From assembly GCA_038203565.1 (NCBI GenBank), contig JBBRDV010000053.1, positions 1 through 10,033 of the forward strand: 10,033 nt of DNA, written 5' to 3'. Below the pieces are notes generated by a model. It was not told the DNA's origin and ran no database searches. It worked only from the letters and a program-made list of their open reading frames with translations. The stretch's first letter is position 1. The number at the start of each line of letters is the position of its first letter. This DNA is from Atribacterota bacterium. Its GTDB lineage: Bacteria > Atribacterota > Phoenicimicrobiia > Phoenicimicrobiales > Phoenicimicrobiaceae. Below, one piece after another: positions 7,186 through 10,033 of this stretch. The translations under genes were made by a program, and so were the position numbers.

Positions 7186-7767
7186 TTAGTCAATTTTGAA
7201 AGTTACACTTACATTTCCCTGTAATTCAAGTTTGTTTAGTTCGACATCACTTACCAGCCAGTCAGCGATAATAATGTTTTCTTTTACTATTAATTCCACC
7301 GGTTCCAGGCTGGCTAAGGTCTCCTCTTCCGAATCCCAGTAAAACCTTTCCCCTTTTAGGATATCCCCCTCCTTGGTTTCGATAACTACCTCTCCCACTA
7401 ATTCCATACTTTTACTTCCCATATCGGCAATGCATTTATTAAGCCTAATATTTAGATAGGGCTCATTGTCTTTAAAAATAACTGCTCTTTTAATCTTTTC
7501 AAAGATAGTCTTTTTTCTGTCTTCGGCTAAAGATATTTTATCGGCTTCTATCTCCCATTCTTTTTCCCCGGCTTTCATTCCTACTACTGTGCCTTTTTCT
7601 ATCTTAACCGGGGCTTCTTGTACTATTATATCTTCTTCGGTTTCCTCTATCACCTCTTCAGCTTTGCCTGTATCCTTATCTTTCCCCCTATTATAAATAA
7701 AATAAAAAGAAAGGGCTATAGCCAGGATTACTATTAAAATAAACCACAGATATCTTTGTTTAAGCAT
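7186..7767 (-). CDS. lptC: LPS export ABC transporter periplasmic protein LptC
   Basis: 193 aa; single N-terminal TM, acidic linker, KEWEIEADK, LVGEVVI, LKGERFYWD, LELQGNV motifs typical of LptC; upstream of lptA. Confidence 0.85.
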   Translation of the reverse strand: MLKQRYLWFILIVILAIALSFYFIYNRGKDKDTGKAEEVIEETEEDIIVQEAPVKIEKGTVVGMKAGEKEWEIEADKISLAEDRKKTIFEKIKRAVIFKDNEPYLNIRLNKCIADMGSKSMELVGEVVIETKEGDILKGERFYWDSEEETLASLEPVELIVKENIIIADWLVSDVELNKLELQGNVSVTFKID

Positions 7768-7782
7768 GTTATAATTTTATCA

Positions 7783-9003
7783 TTAATATCCTAAATATGA
7801 AAGCATTTCATCCCAGAAAGTATCTTGAGCAAAGTTAGTATAGTTATAATAATAATGGTAAGCAAAATAGGGAAAGTAAATAGAAAGGCCTTTGGAACCA
7901 CTTACACTTCCGCCGCTGTATCCCGATTTTATTACTGCATCATTTAAAGTCTGTTGGATGTTTAAGGCAATATTTTTGACTTCAAGGCTATTTGAATAAA
8001 CTACTAATTGATTGCAAAAATCATGCAAATCAATAAAATCCCAATCTCCATAATGCTGACTGCTTGTAGAGGCAAGAACGTATTTACTTTTAGTGGTAGA
8101 GGAATCACTCATTATGGCCAAAGCTAAATTGGATAACTGGGAGGTCAAAGTATCCATATAACTTAGGTCAATTGCTGATTGAGTGACATTACCATAAGGA
8201 TAAGCTAAAATATATTTATCAACAATATCGACCGCCAACTGCTCAGATGGCATAAGAGGATCGCTCACCAGTTGAGCCAGAATAGTATCGTAGGGCCAGC
8301 CATCGTCGGGCTCGTTTTCTTCTGAGGTAACCAGAATATCAGCATAATCTTTTATCTGATAAGCCACCTCAGTCATAGCCATAAAACAGGCATCCATCCC
8401 CACGATATCAATCTTTCCCCCTATTTGAGTATTAACAGCAGAGAGGGCATATTCTAACTCAGGCATAGTTATTTTGTCTCCGCCACTGGTATCATCCCAG
8501 GCAATATCTTTAGTGAGATTTAAGGAACGGAATCCCCCTCCGTGATTCCAGATTACCAGTAAATATTTTTTAGCCGGATAATAAACTGTTGCCCAATCGG
8601 CAAAATCAATTAAGGTTTGAGGGTCACCCATATTAAGTTCACCCAAATCATTTTTTAATTGAGAATTTATCTGCACCGGGTCAAGATCCTGAGTAATATA
8701 ATATCTCCTGGTATTAGTCCAATTACCATTAGAAATATCATCAGCATAACCTTGATGGTTAGAAGCTAATATACTATAAGGAATTCGGTCGACTTGTACT
8801 ACAATATTAACCTCTTTTGTCGAACCGGCTATCTCCATTTCGTTTATATCATCAATACCCGCACTTTCCAGGTTGTTATCGGAATCAAGATATACCATTA
8901 CCGTCCATTCGGCAGTATTATTCCTGGGGGGAAATAAAAAACAACCGGTTAGACTAATTGATAGTATTATCAGAACAAAAATTATTGCATATTTAACTTT
9001 CAT
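7783..9003 (-). CDS. Clostripain-family (peptidase C11) cysteine protease lipoprotein
   Basis: 406 aa; LTG-C lipobox; WTVMVYLDSDNNLE; NMGDPQTL; LVIWNHGGG (catalytic His); GMDACFMA (catalytic Cys); GLSIYFP; AAGGAG RBS. Confidence 0.93.
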   Translation of the reverse strand: MKVKYAIIFVLIILSISLTGCFLFPPRNNTAEWTVMVYLDSDNNLESAGIDDINEMEIAGSTKEVNIVVQVDRIPYSILASNHQGYADDISNGNWTNTRRYYITQDLDPVQINSQLKNDLGELNMGDPQTLIDFADWATVYYPAKKYLLVIWNHGGGFRSLNLTKDIAWDDTSGGDKITMPELEYALSAVNTQIGGKIDIVGMDACFMAMTEVAYQIKDYADILVTSEENEPDDGWPYDTILAQLVSDPLMPSEQLAVDIVDKYILAYPYGNVTQSAIDLSYMDTLTSQLSNLALAIMSDSSTTKSKYVLASTSSQHYGDWDFIDLHDFCNQLVVYSNSLEVKNIALNIQQTLNDAVIKSGYSGGSVSGSKGLSIYFPYFAYHYYYNYTNFAQDTFWDEMLSYLGY

Positions 9004-9023
9004 AAATTATCACTCCTTTTTGT

Positions 9024-9285
9024 TTTGTCGTTAGTTTTCGGTTTTTAGTTAATAGTTTTTTGTTTTTAAACAAAGAGAAACAAGCTGCTAGTTTATAGTT
9101 TAAAATACAAGTAAATATATGGTTTTCAGTTGTCAGTCATCAGTTTACTGTTTAAAACACAAGTTGCAGGATGCAAGATCGTTCAATTTACTGATTGGCC
9201 GATTAAAAAATTATTTTTATATTCTGAATCCTGGATTCTGGTTCCTGGCTTCTTCGTAAAATACGCTTTAAGAGATGCAAGATTC
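9024..9285. repeat. Mosaic of degenerate 7-mer and 8-mer tandem repeat blocks
   Basis: TTTGTCG TTAGTTT TCGGTTT TTAGTTA ATAGTTT TTTGTTT (9024-9065); ATGGTTT TCAGTTG TCAGTCA TCAGTTT ACTGTTT (9119-9153); CAAGTTG CAGGATG CAAGATC (9160-9180); ATTCTGA ATCCTGG ATTCTGG TTCCTGG CTTCTTC (9220-9254). Confidence 0.7.
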
Positions 9286-9310
9286 AAATTTATTTTTAGT
9301 TATTTTTAAT

Positions 9311-9339
9311 AATATATCATATAAGAGAATATAAGTCGA
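9311..9339 (-). promoter_or_regulatory. Putative sigma70 promoter of the C11-lptC-lptA operon
   Basis: Minus strand TCGACT (9339-9334), 17-nt spacer including TG extension, TATATT (9316-9311). Confidence 0.4.
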
Positions 9340-9628
9340 AAAAATTATTTTAAAAAAATTTAAAAATATTTTTAAAAAAAAGAAGATTTTTTAAAAGTGC
9401 TATGGTATTATATATAATAATAGGAAATATTCCACTGTTGTTATTACACAATTTATATGTATAATATAGTTAACTTTAATTGCAATCACTTAACTTTTCA
9501 TTCAGTAACTAAATGAGGAGGTGGTATTTATTTAAATTAAATTAGAATTTTATTTGTTCTAACGTATTCATCAATCATTGTTTTTGCTTACTTTTATAAT
9601 GTAAAATATATTTTTAGAAGGAGAAAAA

Positions 9629-9973
9629 ATGAGAAAGATATTTTTTAAGAAAATTTTTATAAGTTTGGTCTTAATTGCTATGCTTGGCGTCATTTCTGCT
9701 GGTTGTGGAACAACTGCTCCACCAATCAACCCGCCACCTGGTCCGACAACCTATACCTTAACCGTAATGTCACAACATCCATGGTGTTATGGTACCGTAT
9801 ATGTAAATGGATTACCGACTAGCGCATACGTACTTGCTTGGGGTTCTGCTACTGTTTACAATGTCGCTTCTGGGGCACCTATTTATTTAGTTGATACGGC
9901 GGGGGCTCAAAGTCATACAGAAATTTTTAATCCATTATTCGGAACCACTGTTGTCTTTGATTATTGGTGGTAA
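9629..9973 (+). CDS. Small hypothetical lipoprotein with Pro-rich tether
   Basis: 114 aa; AGAAGGAG RBS; basic N-region, hydrophobic core, ISAG-C lipobox; APPINPPPGP linker; small beta-rich domain (YTLTV...GTVYVNG, PEGA-like by eye). Confidence 0.8.
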   Translation: MRKIFFKKIFISLVLIAMLGVISAGCGTTAPPINPPPGPTTYTLTVMSQHPWCYGTVYVNGLPTSAYVLAWGSATVYNVASGAPIYLVDTAGAQSHTEIFNPLFGTTVVFDYWW

Positions 9974-9993
9974 AAAACAAATATAGATCATAA

Positions 9994-10020
9994 AGGTATT
10001 TTATTCATAACAAAATACCT
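9994..10020. terminator. Possible terminator hairpin
   Basis: AGGTATTTT-N9-AAAATACCT, 20 nt after the stop codon. Pairing is slightly better on the - strand (G-U); no clear U-tract on +. Confidence 0.35.
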
Positions 10021-10033
10021 AAAAAATTAAGGG

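Noticed and set aside
5030..7696. ORFs 5030..5332, 6157..6354, 7466..7696 (+)
   Set aside because: Antisense to well-supported genes.
9341..9396. A/T tracts with an 18-bp palindrome TTTAAAAATATTTTTAAA (9359-9376)
   Set aside because: Pure A/T in a very AT-rich stretch; expected by chance, at most a UP element or bent DNA.
9004..9628. Riboswitch, tRNA or known ncRNA in the large intergenic region
   Set aside because: No recognisable consensus by eye; an Rfam/Infernal scan would be needed to exclude it formally.

Overview
AT-rich bacterial chromosomal window from a diderm, probably of a deep-branching lineage (Atribacterota-like; an impression, not tested). It holds an outer-membrane (Lpt) biogenesis locus split into two convergent operons. 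The + strand carries an LptF/G permease and an LptD-like barrel. The - strand carries a clostripain (C11) lipoprotein, lptC, lptA and an unknown lipoprotein. A DUF1573-type exported protein runs off the left edge and a small Pro-rich lipoprotein lies at the right. Between the convergent operons an MntA/HepT toxin-antitoxin pair is enclosed by two near-identical ~165-bp direct repeats, each a cluster of four different GTAG-hairpin (REP-like) units. This is the most unusual structure in the window. The intergenic DNA also carries a twice-repeated ~41-bp palindrome and many blocks of degenerate 7- and 8-mer tandem repeats. No transposase, RNA gene or CRISPR array is visible.
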